64,000 nt of DNA from Paragordius varius (GCA_964247055.1 OZ176054.1:13206001-13270000), one strand, 5' to 3'. Shown: positions 51,030-64,000, counted from the stretch's first letter. Program-made: numbers and translations. The notes: generated by a model not told the origin, from the sequence alone.

Positions 51030-51891
51030 TTTTGATATTAAAAGTTGATTTTGCTTATCTCTCGGTTAACATACGAATGCCGCAAAAAATTGATTAACTT
51101 TTGCGGCCAACCATTCAAGTCATTTTCCGACGTGAAATGCTGTTCTGCGAGACTGTGTCCCATGCATAGTTGTATTTTTGATGGGGTCAGCTATTAAAAG
51201 TTCAACCGATGTGGAAAAATTTCCCATTGAAGCGATTTTTAAAGTATTAACTGGTTTTGCATAGCAAAACCACTTGTCATGTTTTCTGGCTTATTCCGAT
51301 TGTTTTTTGATTGATGCATGAATGTTGTATATAACCAATCTAACGAGTTAAAACTTAATACTGCTTTGGCCCCATCAGACACCAGAGTATTATGTTTTGT
51401 CGAAGCCATTTGGCTTTATTGTGGAAGGGACCTGGCCATGCTAAAATTTTTCCCCTTTTGATTTACAAAATAAAGTAATTTCTCAAAAACCCTTATTAAT
51501 GATTTTTTATGACATTGAAGCAGGACTTCACGCAATTAACAATTTTCAATTTGTTCAATTATTTACCGATTTTGGTCTTTCTTACGAAAACCTCTAATGA
51601 TAGTTTTTTGTGATCGATGTAATTTTTGCCAATAATGAGTTGTAAGATTATCCAATAATTCTTGCATGATTCCAGTTATGTGGTCTACCATAGCGCCTAA
51701 AACTCATTAACGTGAAACCAAAATTTTAATTTTTTCCAAGCTATGTTTAACATGTTTTAATTAAATGACGCTCACCATATGTAACTGCCAGAAAACGATA
51801 ATTTTCAACAGTTTTTTCCCCTATGTATTCCATCAAATGAACATAATGTGGTCTGTACTAAATTATTCGTTTGCCTACTTTTGACGGACAT
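51030..51891 (-). mobile_element. Second decayed mariner (Mos1-like) transposase remnant
   Basis: Minus-strand fragments: KTVENYRFLAVTYGERHLIKTC (KTAAESHRMLVEAFGEQVPTVKTC), KPNGFDKT*YSGV*WGQSSI (RPNRFGKKTMLCVWWDQSGV), MGHSLAEQHFTS (MGHALAEQRFDS), WLAAK, GIRMLTER. Many stops and frameshifts. Confidence 0.82.
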
Positions 51892-52066
51892 CTTTTCCTA
51901 GTTAAACTGATTATAGCTTATGATAACACCTGGTATATAGACATATACTCATTAAAATAATTATTTCAAGGGTCAGCTACCCAATTTGCATCTCACGGCA
52001 TGCCTGGATGATTTATATTCAAGTTTTATAAATCTATTTTTCAAAAAAAGTTATATATTTCCATCA

Positions 52067-52288
52067 CAGTCATGAATCCTTTATTAAAAATTATTTATTT
52101 TCGTTAAAAATGGGTATAAATATTTGGTAAAGAATGGAAAAAACAAGGGCTCTATGGTGATTCTTATACTTTTTTGATGAATATCATATTGTTAATAGTA
52201 TAGAGCTCTTGTTTTTTCCATTCTTTAACAAAAATTTATACCCATTTAAAGAAAAAAAAAATTTTGATAAATAAAGGATACATGACTG
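52067..52288. mobile_element. Foldback MITE-like element, ~90-bp arms, ~42-bp spacer, CAGT...ACTG|TA ends
   Basis: CAGTCATGAATCCTTTATT...AAATGGGTATAAATATTTGGTAAAGAATGGAAAAAACAAGGGCTCTAT pairs with ATAGAGCTCTTGTTTTTTCCATTCTTTAACAAAAATTTATACCCATTT...AATAAAGGATACATGACTG. Confidence 0.85.
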
Positions 52289-52989
52289 TATATATAAATT
52301 TAACTATATTTTAAACACGTAACATATACAGACGGATGAATTAATAAATCTAAATGTGATACAAAACTAATAAATCACACTACTTAACAATAATAATGTT
52401 TTATGTGTTGTTGATGGATACCTAAATCTAAAATAAAAAGCTTATGCGTGCTGTTATACATGAGAGTCTTGTCCTAAAACGCGTATTATCTTCTCGTTTT
52501 AAAAAATAGCACATTTAAAAAAATAGGTGGCTACCTAAAAACAATGCGAGAGCGAACTTACTTCTTTATTGATTTATCTATTTTATCTCATTATTATTAT
52601 TATATATATCATATAAAGACATTATTAGAAGGTTCTAGTATAATTTTTAAAGGTGCTTGATTTAATCAAACATATTATGCTCAATAAAAAAATTCTCCAT
52701 TTCAATACCGATTCCTGGCATTTTGATTCAATCGTGAGAAAACTTTTAAAGTTTTAGAATAAAAAAAAAATCTTGTCCAGTTTTTTTCTTTCTAGACGAT
52801 ATTAATAATATTTCAACAGCCAATTTTTATTTCACTAATGAATTCAACGACCCAGAGTCCTAAAATTCATAATTTTTATTCAGCTATTAAAGAAGAAAGT
52901 AAACGGATTCTTTATCAGTAAGAGCCTTTCATTTTATAATTTATATGTTTTTTTTAACCTAAAAAGTTAATTTAATTAATTAATTAAAG

Positions 52990-53264
52990 AAAAAACTGAA
53001 ATCATACGGACAAAATGTAAAAATATAATGACAAATATTTTTTTCTAAAAGACAACCATACTTTTTTAGATCTAAATTTTTCCAGATAAATTATTTATAT
53101 ACAAAATATAAAAATTGAAATTGATTGTATTATCAATATATATTTCTATTTCATGCTTTTTTTAACAATTATTAAAATTTTACAAATTCAAGATATAAAA
53201 AAGTGGTCTTTTAGATAAAAATATTTGTCCTTAGGTTTTCTCCGTATAACTTCAATTTTTACTG
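52990..53264. mobile_element. MITE family A copy
   Basis: AAAAACTGAAATCATACGGACAAAATG ... TCCGTATAACTTCAATTTTTACTG|TA. Confidence 0.75.
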
Positions 53265-53747
53265 TAAATGTACTGTTTTAAATTTTATACATTAGTCATT
53301 TTAGTTAGCTATTTACAAAACATCAATGATTCTACAAAGAACCATACAGTTAAAAAAGTACAAAATTGAAAGATATAATTAAATTTTTCACAATCGCTTC
53401 CGCATCCAAAATAACTTTTTTTATTTTTTGTAAAAAATTTATGAAGCAAAGCCAAAACAAATCATAATTAAACCCGATAAAATTTATTAAAGATCTAATT
53501 ATTTTAACAATTTTACAAAACTCTCAAACTATTTATAAACTTTTAAAGAATTTTCATACAATACAATAGTTTTAGAATATCCAAAAAAATGATTGCCTAT
53601 ATTTATTCAAATCAACCAAAAAAGTAATTTAATTTGTTGTAGGCAGAATCGAAATGTTTAAAATTGAAAGTAAGGTGTTAAAATATATTTAAAATGTCAA
53701 GAGGTTGTATTTGATATGTGGTTAGTTTTATAGTGTTTATGGTTTAG

Positions 53748-54327
53748 AAGTTATAACCCCTTGAAAGGATTACGTATAGCAGTTTTCCTTGCCGCTACGC
53801 TCATCATTATTTTGGCCTTTTTGGGTTACAAGGAGGTCAGGGATCGTTTTTTCAGAAAAATTTCTCAAACAGTTTCTGAACGGAAAAAGGCGCGAACAAA
53901 TGCGTTAAAATCTGATGATACTAATCCTTGCAGAAAAAAATGTAAAATCAAAAAAACAATTTTGCTACAAAATAAATCAAATAATTTATATAATCAATCC
54001 ATATCCAATCTACCTGTAACCAATAATGTTAGAGAAGAACATCATTTTGAAAATAAATATCTATATAAACAAGTTTGTCTTACCAATGTCAAAGACAGGA
54101 AACAAATGCCTAACCGCATTTTTAATATTAAATGCTTCAATTCTTGCAAATCTACCAATCATACTTTAATTAATTATATTAATAATGAAAATTCCAAGAA
54201 TCCTGAAAAATCTTGTCGTCTCCTAAGGTTCATTCACCAAAAAGCAGGACAACCAGATCTAATTACATCACTAAAGCGAGGACTATATATATATATATAT
54301 GTGTCAGTATTTCTGAATATTAATTAG
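53748..54327 (+). CDS. Putative exon of an orphan membrane protein (N-terminal TM helix, K/N-rich tail)
   Basis: The 188-aa stop-free ORF is long for this base composition. GLRIAVFLAATLIIILAFLGY is hydrophobic and followed by KEVRDRFFRK; AG acceptor at 53746-53747. No homolog recognised. Confidence 0.45.
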
Positions 54328-54970
54328 GAATTTTAAATGTATATCTTAGTACTAAAATTTTGATAAAACATATTTTTTAAAAAAATATATGGATAAATTA
54401 TTTATTTGGAATATTTGTGAAAAAAGCTATTTATAATTGCTAAAAATTAGTGAGGTTTCTTCAGATATCTATTTCAAATTTATCCATACTAACATCTGTT
54501 AAATACCGTTTTCTTTTAAATAAACATCTCGTGACAAGTATATTTAACATAGAAAAAATTTTATATTTAAATGTACTAACTCAAAGTAAAAATTGAAATA
54601 ATACGGACAAAACGCAAAATTATATAAACTAATATTTATAAAGGACGCTGTATTTTGTAAGCTTGATTTTTCAATAAAACAGTTCATGACTATTAAACTT
54701 TTTGTCCGCGAATATATATTGGAGATTCTTGTAAATAAACAACTGTCTAAAAGTTGTATTAATTAAAATTTAATTATCAAACTTTGTTTCCATGTAATAG
54801 ATAATAAAGCTTATATTTTTAGAGTTTTGTAAGAGTTTAAAATTTGGACAGGTCTAATACACGATCTCTACAGCTGATTTCGAAATCAATTATTAAGTTA
54901 TTGCTAGTAAAATTTAACCTGAAAACTAATTAAAGTAATTATTTATATTTCTCTCCATAAAATACATTTA

Positions 54971-55250
54971 CAGTAAAAACTAAAATATACAGACAAAACG
55001 TAAAAATATAAAGACAAATAATTTAATTATTAGACAATCATACTTTTTCACCTTATTATTTCTATATAAGCTATTTAATTACAATTGTTATATATAAATT
55101 GATTGTGTCTCCAATATACATCACAATTTTATGATATGCAATTTGTAACAATGAGTTAGATTGAAAAAAATCATGATATAAATATGACTGTCTTTTAGAA
55201 AAAATATTTCTTATATTTTTACGTTTTGCCCGTATAATTTCAGTTGTACA
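54971..55250. mobile_element. MITE family A copy
   Basis: TA|CAGTAAAAACTAAAATATACAGAC ... GCCCGTATAATTTCAGTT (right tip eroded). Confidence 0.7.
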
Positions 55251-56054
55251 AAATTTAAAGAAAAAAACGGCGGCGAGAAAGTTTGAAATGAGAATTTTTT
55301 TACGATTTTCTTTTATATTTAATTTTAAAAACGCTCTTGGATATAAAACTTCCCCAAAAGGACATTAAGTGTTAAATTGAAAAATAAGAATAGAGAACAA
55401 TCAATTAGGATTAAATAATTTAATACGAAAAATTAAGGTTGCACATAGTGTAGTTGTCATTTGAAAAAAATATTTTCCTAATATTTTTACGTTTCATCTG
55501 TAAAATTTCATTATACTATATATAATAACTAAAATTATACGGACAAAATATAAAAATATAAAGACATAATTTTTTTTTATAAAAGACAACCATACTTTTT
55601 TAAACCTTAATTTTTGCTATATGAAATATTCAATTACAATCGTAAACTACATTGATTGTGCTGCCAATTTACATTTCTATTTAAAAAATCAAGATTCAAA
55701 AATATGGTTTTCTTTTAGAAAATATTTGTTTTTATATTTTTATGTTTTATCCGTATAATTTTAGTTTTAACTCTATATATATAATAGAAGTGTCATTGCC
55801 TAATCCAGATATATGCATTACACCAGAAATAAAAATGATCAAACATAGCCTGGTCAAAATAGAGTTTATGTTAGCCCTCATTCCATTACTGCGGAAATTT
55901 TTACAACGCATTTTTATCAACCTTCTTATTAAAGAGGGCATTAAAATTATAAAATTTTGGATTAATTATACATATTGAATTGTAAATAAATAAGGGGTAT
56001 TATAGTGTAAATAAACGAAATGTATTGTATCCATTAAATTTTCCTAACCACATA

Positions 56055-56331
56055 CAGTAAAAATTGAGATTATACGAACAAAACGTAAATATATAAAAAC
56101 AAATATTTTTTCAAAATACAACCATACTTTTTTAGATTTTAATTTATCTATAAAAAACATTTAATTATAAACATAATTGATTATTTTACCAATATACATC
56201 TCACGTCTATTCGCAATTTCAAACAATAAGTTTTATTTAAATTAAATCAAAATTTAAAATGTATGATTGTCTCTTAGAAAAAAATGTTTTTTCTTTATAT
56301 TTTTACGTTTTGTCCGTATAATTTCAATTTG
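56055..56331. mobile_element. MITE family A copy
   Basis: TA|CAGTAAAAATTGAGATTATACGAAC ... GTCCGTATAATTTCAATTT. Confidence 0.75.
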
Positions 56332-57612
56332 TAATAAAAGCTCCAAGTGTATATTTAGGTGAATAATACACAGTCTCTATCGAAATCAAATTCCTTATAA
56401 TACTGTTTATTATTAAAAAAATAAATAATTCAATTTAAACTTACATTTTTAAAGAATTATCATTGGTATATCAAAGCTTTCTTAGTAAAATATGGTAAAA
56501 TTTATAATAAAATATATGTTCGAGGTTTGAGGACTGAGTCATTTAAAATATAAAATCTTATGGTAACTACTCAAATTTGAAATATCACAAATTAAATTAC
56601 ATTCAAAATATGGCCCAAATTAATCCTGATAATATTTAAATGCCAATGACAGGTATGGTAAAATTAGACTTTATTTTTATTGAATAGAAAATCATTAGCT
56701 TTTAATATCCGAATATGAGTACGTTGCATATATATAGAGTTTTAAAACAATCAGCTTAATTAAATTGTCAAAATATGGTTAGATTATAATGAACGATTCC
56801 CAAATTATGTAATTATAACTAATCTGTTATTTTGCCAATTTTATATTATTATTTTACAAAAAATCTTAGTTTGATATCCCTGGGAACTAAGATAAATAAA
56901 TAAATACAAATTTTTTTGGATAAAATATTTAGCGGCTTTAAGATTGTAAATATATTAGTTTTTTAATACCTAATTAAAAACCTCGCTGTTTCTTTTCATA
57001 CTTAAGCTGAACGAGTTTCCATATATGCTATTACAAGATGATGGGGAAGGAGTGCATATAAAAAGCGTTTTTAAAAAGATATTATCAGGTTTTTGAACTT
57101 TATAAACGTTATAAAAATTAAAATTTTTATTAAATACCATTTTTCTCATTATAGTCTCTAAAATATCATCATAACTCATTGAAAACCGACTTTAAATTTC
57201 TATACAAGTATCAGATTTACTAGGATTTAGACATTTTAAATATAAAATATTTATGAACTGAAATTTGAAAATAGCTGATAATCAATTGTGTTTAACACAA
57301 CCCACAAAATTTTCGGATTTTAAAATCTGGTGATTTGTCTAAAAATATTAATAATATAAAAGATTTTGGATTCAAAATTTTCACACTATGATATCACATA
57401 CCCTTACACGAGATGATTGATGGTATCGTTTACTGTAGTACTGAAAAAATCCTATTTTCTATGCCATAATTGATTAAATTATTATCCATAAACTCCCTCA
57501 TCGTGATGTAATCCCACTAGATATGACGTTTCGTTGTTTTAGACCCTAGATTATGTTTTAAAATGACAAATTTTGACTGGTTCGTAAAATAACAGGCTAT
57601 GAATTGTTTTTA

Positions 57613-57887
57613 CAGTAATTAAAATTATGCGGACAAAACGTAATATATAAAGACAAAAGTTTTTTTTCAAAAAAACCATACTTTTTTAAACCCTAAATTA
57701 TCCTAATCATTATGTTACAATGTAAAAATAAAAATAGATTGTATTACCAATTTACATCTCTATTTTATATTTTGCAGTCAAATTAATCAGATTAATTTAA
57801 AATAATTAATAAAAAGTATAATTGTCTTATAGAAAAAATTCGTCTTTATAATATTACGTTTTGTCCGTATAATTTCAGTTTTTACTG
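57613..57887. mobile_element. MITE family A copy
   Basis: TA|CAGTAATTAAAATTATGCGGAC ... GTCCGTATAATTTCAGTTTTTACTG|TA. Confidence 0.85.
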
Positions 57888-57980
57888 TATTTTTGTTTAA
57901 AATGTATTAGTCGCTTTAACTAACATGATTGGGATAATGGGATTTTGTGAAAATATTGACTGTTTCTAATTCAGTGTATA

Positions 57981-58256
57981 CAGTAAAAATTGAAATTAAT
58001 CGGACCAAACGTTAAAACAAAAAAACAATAATTTTTTAAAAAGACAATCATACTTTTTAAATCTTGATGTTTTTGAATCCATTGTTTTTAACTGCAAAGT
58101 ATGATATAGAGATGTAAATTGTTAACACAAATAATTATGTATACGATTTTAATTAAATATTTTTATAGGATAAATTAAGGTTTAAAAAGTATGATTGTTT
58201 GAAAAAAAATTGTTTTTATGTTTTTACATTTTGTCCATATAATTTTGATTCTACTG
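57981..58256. mobile_element. MITE family A copy
   Basis: TA|CAGTAAAAATTGAAATTAATCGGAC ... GTCCATATAATTTTGATTCTACTG|TA. Confidence 0.85.
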
Positions 58257-58555
58257 TAATTAGTATCTGCCATTCTCAAAATCGCCTAGCCAATAAATAG
58301 GCTTTCAGGTCCGGTGAAGTTTATATGTTACCGGTTTTATGTTAAACCACTCATAATGATATTTCTTCCGATCGAATCTTTATTCGCAATGCATCAGCTT
58401 TGTTCATTAGTTATTACTATTTTAACTTAGAGATAACATAGCAAAAAGTACGCATACGATTAATTTAATATGCCATTTTGTTCATTTGATATTAAATGAC
58501 AAACACAAAATGAATTAATCAAAAACTAGCGTTTTATTTTATTAATCAAACAATC

Positions 58556-59312
58556 ATGTCAAATTTTTAAACCTGAAAAGAAACATTTGCGGCACGCATT
58601 GTCATCAAGAGAAACGCTGTTAAAGTCTATCGTTTCTGACAGAAACATATGGTTCCAATGAAGTTAATATGCAAGTAAATGGAGACCCAAACTTATAATA
58701 ACAAAAAACAATTAATAGATGTCTAGGAGCAATGGGAAAGACCAACTTGGTAAATATACATGATTCGTATAAACAAATATCAAAGTGACTTGTGGAATTC
58801 TGCTTTGAAATCCTTTTTGCACCAAATTGGGACGGGGGATAATAAATGAAATTATATTGTAAATCCAAAGTAAAAAAATATGGCCTGCCTTAACCCGATC
58901 AATCAGCAATGCAAGGAGAGTGCCTTCTGTGTGGTCAGAGTAGAGCGATATTGTGTAAAATAAATCTTTGAAACCCGGGGAAACTGTTAATACACAACGC
59001 TTTAGACAACAAATGATTAATTTAAGCCATGCATTAAGCGAATACTAGAATTAACCCGAAAACATGGCAAGGGATTTTGTTACATGCGAATGCTCCATCT
59101 AACCCAGAAAAATCTTACCTTAATATCGCTTCAATGAAAAATTCTATCGCGTCCGCTGACCGCTTCTGACCTGAATAAGACTAAAACTTTGCATCAATGG
59201 GTGCAAAGAGTTACACATGGGTTTTCGCCAAACAAAATAGTTTTTCTGACACAGCATTTATATGTTACCTAAGAGGACAAAATGCAAAGTTAATGTACAC
59301 TATTTTAAAGAA
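58556..59312 (+). mobile_element. Decayed mariner remnant (duplicate of 67-823)
   Basis: Same sequence as 67-823 as far as can be read by eye. Confidence 0.85.
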
Positions 59313-59789
59313 TCGATGTTATGTTTTTTTTACAAAAACTTTGACAACATCTCTTATTTTGGTAAATTTAAATTTGATAGCGAGAAAAATTTTACCACAA
59401 AGCATAAAATATGTAATTAAGTGTTAGCGAGGTAAAGAACTGGATGTATCAATCGCCATTTAATATTGCATAGGATTTCATTTGAAAAAGGGGTTTATGA
59501 AACCGACAAGAATTCGATGAGTTCCTAATATGGTTAAGATAGATAAGATTTTACTGATAATACAAAAAAATGGTTAATTAATTCAAATATATTACTTGTG
59601 TTATGGAATCAATTATTTTTAATTATTGTGTCTCTAACAACAATCATATATAATGCTTATAAAATATATAATTTTTTAGTGATAAACCCATCATTAAATG
59701 GTTTGAATTCAAGGCTTTGTGAAAGTTTGCATAAAAATTATAATTGAAATTATTCGGAATTTTCGGTACTACACTAATAATCTAATAAA

Positions 59790-60799
59790 ATGTTTCCGAT
59801 TCCAAATTCCTTATTTGCACGGTATGATATAAACCTAAATTCACACACAAAAATAAACCCTTAAACGCCTTAACAATACGTTATCCACGCAAACAAATTT
59901 TACAAGTTCAAATTGGCCAGTTACCTTAAATACTATCAACACAGCAAGTCAACCATTTATCCCGCTAGGTGGAACGAAAAAACCCATAGTAGAATGGAAA
60001 CTGTGGATTATTATTGTTGTAGGATTTTTGGCCATATGCCTCATGATTGGAATCGTGATGTTCATTGTTAGAAAACGGTTTAGTCATCGTAAAAATTCTA
60101 ATCAAGATACCATTTACGAAGATATTGATGGTTTAATTATATATCTTAGCAATTTATAAATAAAAATTTCCAGGAATATATCTAATACTATATAAATTGG
60201 TTCAAGAACATTATATTATCTTTTTCCGTATTTATTATTTAAGTTACTTTCATTAATTAAATATAGGTAAAGAAAACATTTTAGGCAGAAAATTAACGCG
60301 TAAACAATCTAACATAAACCTTTTGTTCGGAAAACAACGGAAATCAGGACAGTCAAAAAATGATAAGACAAGTTTAAATGACTCCGAACGAGGTTCAATG
60401 GGAAATTATGTGTTTTACTTTTTATACGATGACATATATGTTGAATTTATGGAGTACTTTAACAAGAAGGAACCTAGTAGGACTTTGGCCTCCGAACTTA
60501 GCCCTCTAAGACAAACTCCTAGCCCATCAACTCCAATCCAAAGCGGCAATGATAATATAAATATCGAGTCCCCACCTTTAATTACAAAAATGGGTTCCAT
60601 ATCGAATAACCCTATTACTAATCAATTTGTGAATGTTCCTGAAGAAAAACTGCCTGTACATAATGAAACTTTGCCCTTGTTAGAATCTCATAGAGATATG
60701 GAAAATAAAATATCACCAAATGAAGGTTCAGAAAGTCCAGATGATTCACCATCCCCTACCTCCCCATCTGATAGCCCTGAAAATAATGATGAACCATAG
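59790..60799 (+). CDS. Orphan single-pass membrane protein (duplicate of 1301-2310)
   Basis: Same sequence and exon model at offset 58489. Confidence 0.6.
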
Positions 60800-62082
60800 C
60801 TTAGTATGATTATGCTTACATGTATTTAAAATAAATCCTAAATGGTTTAAGATTTTTAGGTGGGAAAAATTACGATGAAACAAAAATCTCTAAGTAGTTT
60901 GATCCAAAAATGAGGTGCATATCAATTATATTAAATTAACATAAAATTACACCTTTTTCTATTGGCCAACTAATATAGTGAAACATGCAGGAATGTGTCA
61001 TTTTATACATATTCAAACAACAATTATATACAAATATTACATTAATCATATATGTTAAAAAATTATTTTTAATTTACTAATCTAACTGAATTTTACCTAT
61101 TGTCATATTAAAACATATTTTAAACATTAAATTTTGTATATTATTTATGACAAGCACCCTGCATTTTATTTTACTAACACATTTAGAATGAGGTTTCTAG
61201 AAAATCTCGATAAAGTTAGGTTATAGAAATTTATTAATAAAGGATGGTGCTTTTGGTTTTGGGACTTTAAAGTCATTTATGAAAGTTATAGCAACCTTTG
61301 CATTTATTATCGCAAATTTAGCACACATGTTAAATGTTTTTATACACAATTAGGCCTAAGCAAAAATTTAACGAATCTAAAAAATATATAGCAAATAATG
61401 ATTTTTTCGAATTAGATTAAAGTCGCACATTTCTAAAATCTGTTAAAATGGGCTAGTGTCATAAAATTTATGTAACCCAAGATAGAACAAAAAAGCTTTT
61501 TTTGGTATTGGGTTTGCAAAAATCTTATCATAATATTCTTTAAGCTTTGATATTTTAGTGGAGTGATCAAAAATAGATTTCCGGGCCGCATTTTGAAAAA
61601 TAAAAACACCTATTCTAAGCGTTATCTATCTCATCATAATTTGGATAGATTTTTCATATTATAGTTTTAGTAATTTATTTACATAATATTAAATTATCTG
61701 TTATATGATCTAATATCGCACCATATATTCTGAAAAAAATTCAAAATATCTATGGCTTCCTTTAAATTCAGTATGTTTTCACGTTTCAACATTTATTTTG
61801 CATAAAAAGGTAGTATTGATAATATAATTTAAAATAAATAATTTTAGAAGTAATTCAAAATAGACATGATTGCAACTGTATAGGATAGGATTCAAAATAA
61901 TGAATCTTTGGGATAGCCATAAGAACTATTTGTTAAATATAGTTTTTCATTCACATTAATAAATACTAAGGTAAATTAGAAATAATAAGCGGATATTTCC
62001 AGACAGAATCAATTATTGGTAAAAAATATGAGATTATAAAAGAGGCTGATGGGTTGGCTGCTATTAAATTGGATTATCCAGA

Positions 62083-64000
62083 TTAGCAATTGTTGCGGGA
62101 ATGTTTAATAAGCCATTGAAGGGTAATATCTACAAAAAAATAAGGTTATAGGAACATTTTTAAGTTTCAATATAATATTAAATCAGCCAACAAAGTCCTG
62201 TTTCCACCTCTAAGGACATGAAAATGCATATGATAAAGGCAAAATGACAAAGGCCATTTTATAATAATTTGTAATTAAAGTTGTAGAAAAGAGCACTTTT
62301 TACGTAAAAAATCGTTTTAATAAATAAAGTGTGAATATGTGAATTATTTCGTGGTAAGAAAACTTACCTATCTACAATAAAATTCATAAAAATATGGGGT
62401 TGATCCCAACAAGATAATAATTATACATTCAAAACAGTGAATGTGATCGCTTTTATATAGATATTTATGCCTACTTTGAATTAATAATTCTTTCTCTTAT
62501 TTTATTATATTTTAACATTAAAACAAATTAAATTGGTTCAGTTAAAATAGATTTAGGATAATTTTGTTTAGATATTATCGTAAAGTGCGTACGATCCGAT
62601 AATTAATAATATTTAGACCAGTCAAAAACTTTCACTAAATATCAGAGTATATATATATAAAAAACTATAATAATTTTGTTATAAAAAACTTTTTTTAGGG
62701 TTTCTAACATTTTAACATTTAAATAATTAATGCATACCAATATTTTCTTTCTCTTTGCAGGATATAGAGTAACAACATATTTCCCGATCTTGAATCGCAG
62801 ACAAATTTCTAAATATGTTGACAATCACAATTATTAACAAGAATATAATCTCAACAAATTTAAAAAAGTATAAAAAGTAAGTTACAATTTTTCAATCAAA
62901 GTTTTTTCATCGTAGGAGTTGGGTAGGTCCTTTTTATTGCCTAAAACAAGTACAGGAATGTTTTGTAATTGAGGTTTGTTCAATAAGTTATGGAGTTCGT
63001 TGGCAGATGCTTGAATCTTTTCGTGATCAGCGCTATCTACCATATATCTATTTCCAACAAGCAAATAACTCATTATACATAAAACATTATAATATCCACC
63101 CCGCATTCAATAAAATTTTTATAAATAGCACTTATAAACCAATTAGATCGTGCTGGATAAATTATGCAGCTTTTCGATTTCGACAGTTAAATTTCAAAAA
63201 TATAAATATTTTAAACTTACTAGACTCGGGTATTATTGAGATTTCCCTTCATAGAAAACTTTAAAATAAACTAATAATTTTTTATTTTTTAAAAAAATTT
63301 TGAATAATTGTTAACAAAATAATAATTTATTAATCTTTTTAAAAAAGGGTCAGGATATTGAGGTGTGTATATTTGATACAATCGCGGTATAGTGGGTGTA
63401 GTGTATATAGGAGAATTAAATTAAAACACTTAAACAACATCAAAAAAATCATAAAATAAACGAAACTTAAAAAACTCTAAAACATGTTCAATACTAATTA
63501 GACAAAACTATTTACAAATGCGTTTAGAAGTGATTCAACTAAAAAAACATATTGCAAAATATAAGGTTTGCAAAAAAGATCTTAATAATGAGGAACAATA
63601 CACAATATTTTTAACTTAGGAATATGTTCTAGACTTTTTTCGATTTAATAGAGCATAACCCGTCTTTGTAGAGATAAAAAATAGGTCAAACTTACACTAT
63701 GGCATTAACTCCCCGACAATATCGTTCCCACATACTTCGAAACCGAGGTTGGCCCCCAATATCCCAAATCTTAATGGTAACATTCCCTTTCGTAATTTTG
63801 CGCATGTTAAAACCTACAGTTGGGATCATATCTTCCGTATATTGCCCTGACTACATAAATATGTTTAAAATTTATTGATTTACGGCAATGACGTTAACAA
63901 AAGTCGTTTTCCCAGAATATTGTAATCCAACCAATGTCAACTCCATTTCTTCCTTCCAAAACAAACTTCTGAACCAGTCTAAAATTTTGTTTAGCAGAGA
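62083..64000 (-). CDS. ARL8: ADP-ribosylation factor-like GTPase 8 (start codon just outside the window)
   Basis: Exons 63884->64000, 63696-63850, 62886-63047, 62738-62808, 62083-62129 give [101 protein letters not shown]...[11 protein letters not shown]...[38 protein letters not shown]. Confidence 0.98.

Larger units (their letters stand above)
58490..62071. repeat. Segmental duplication, copy 2 (partner 1-3582)
   Basis: Identical ORF set at offset 58489; diverges from copy 1 after 62071. Confidence 0.97.

Noticed and set aside
5459-58256. MITE family A as a general introner
   Set aside because: Most copies lie deep inside introns or between genes and do not coincide with both splice sites; only one candidate donor (58256) was seen.
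63007-63264. Plus-strand 85-aa ORF
   Set aside because: Antisense to an Arl8 exon and intron; no independent support.

Overview
Very AT-rich eukaryotic (metazoan-like) genomic DNA with GT-AG spliced genes; not prokaryotic, and no CRISPR. Recognisable genes: a ~15 kb multi-exon Sestrin (minus, 29606-44910); two diverged paralogous copies of the C-terminal half of Nup98 including the autoprotease (APD/peptidase S59) domain (plus, 3663-8572 and 24846-28885), both stopping exactly at the His-Phe of the HF|S self-cleavage site; a 5'-truncated second copy of the Sestrin 3' end (9368-11256); Arl8 (minus, 62083 to beyond 64000) with a 33-nt intron; tRNA-Pro(TGG) at 49646-49717; and an orphan single-pass membrane protein gene present twice. 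There are two layers of duplication: an older ~7 kb Nup98+Sestrin-3' duplication, and an apparently identical 3582-bp repeat (1-3582 = 58490-62071) that suggests a recent 58,489-bp tandem duplication or an assembly artefact. Repeats include two decayed Mos1-like mariner transposase remnants, two TA-flanked MITE families (one at roughly 15 copies), long hairpins, a pair of ~115-bp inverted hairpin-bearing ends 8.9 kb apart enclosing satellite arrays, and several intronic tandem arrays, one of which amplifies a Sestrin splice acceptor seven times. All exon models were built by eye from the sequence; homologies are from recalled family motifs, not database searches.
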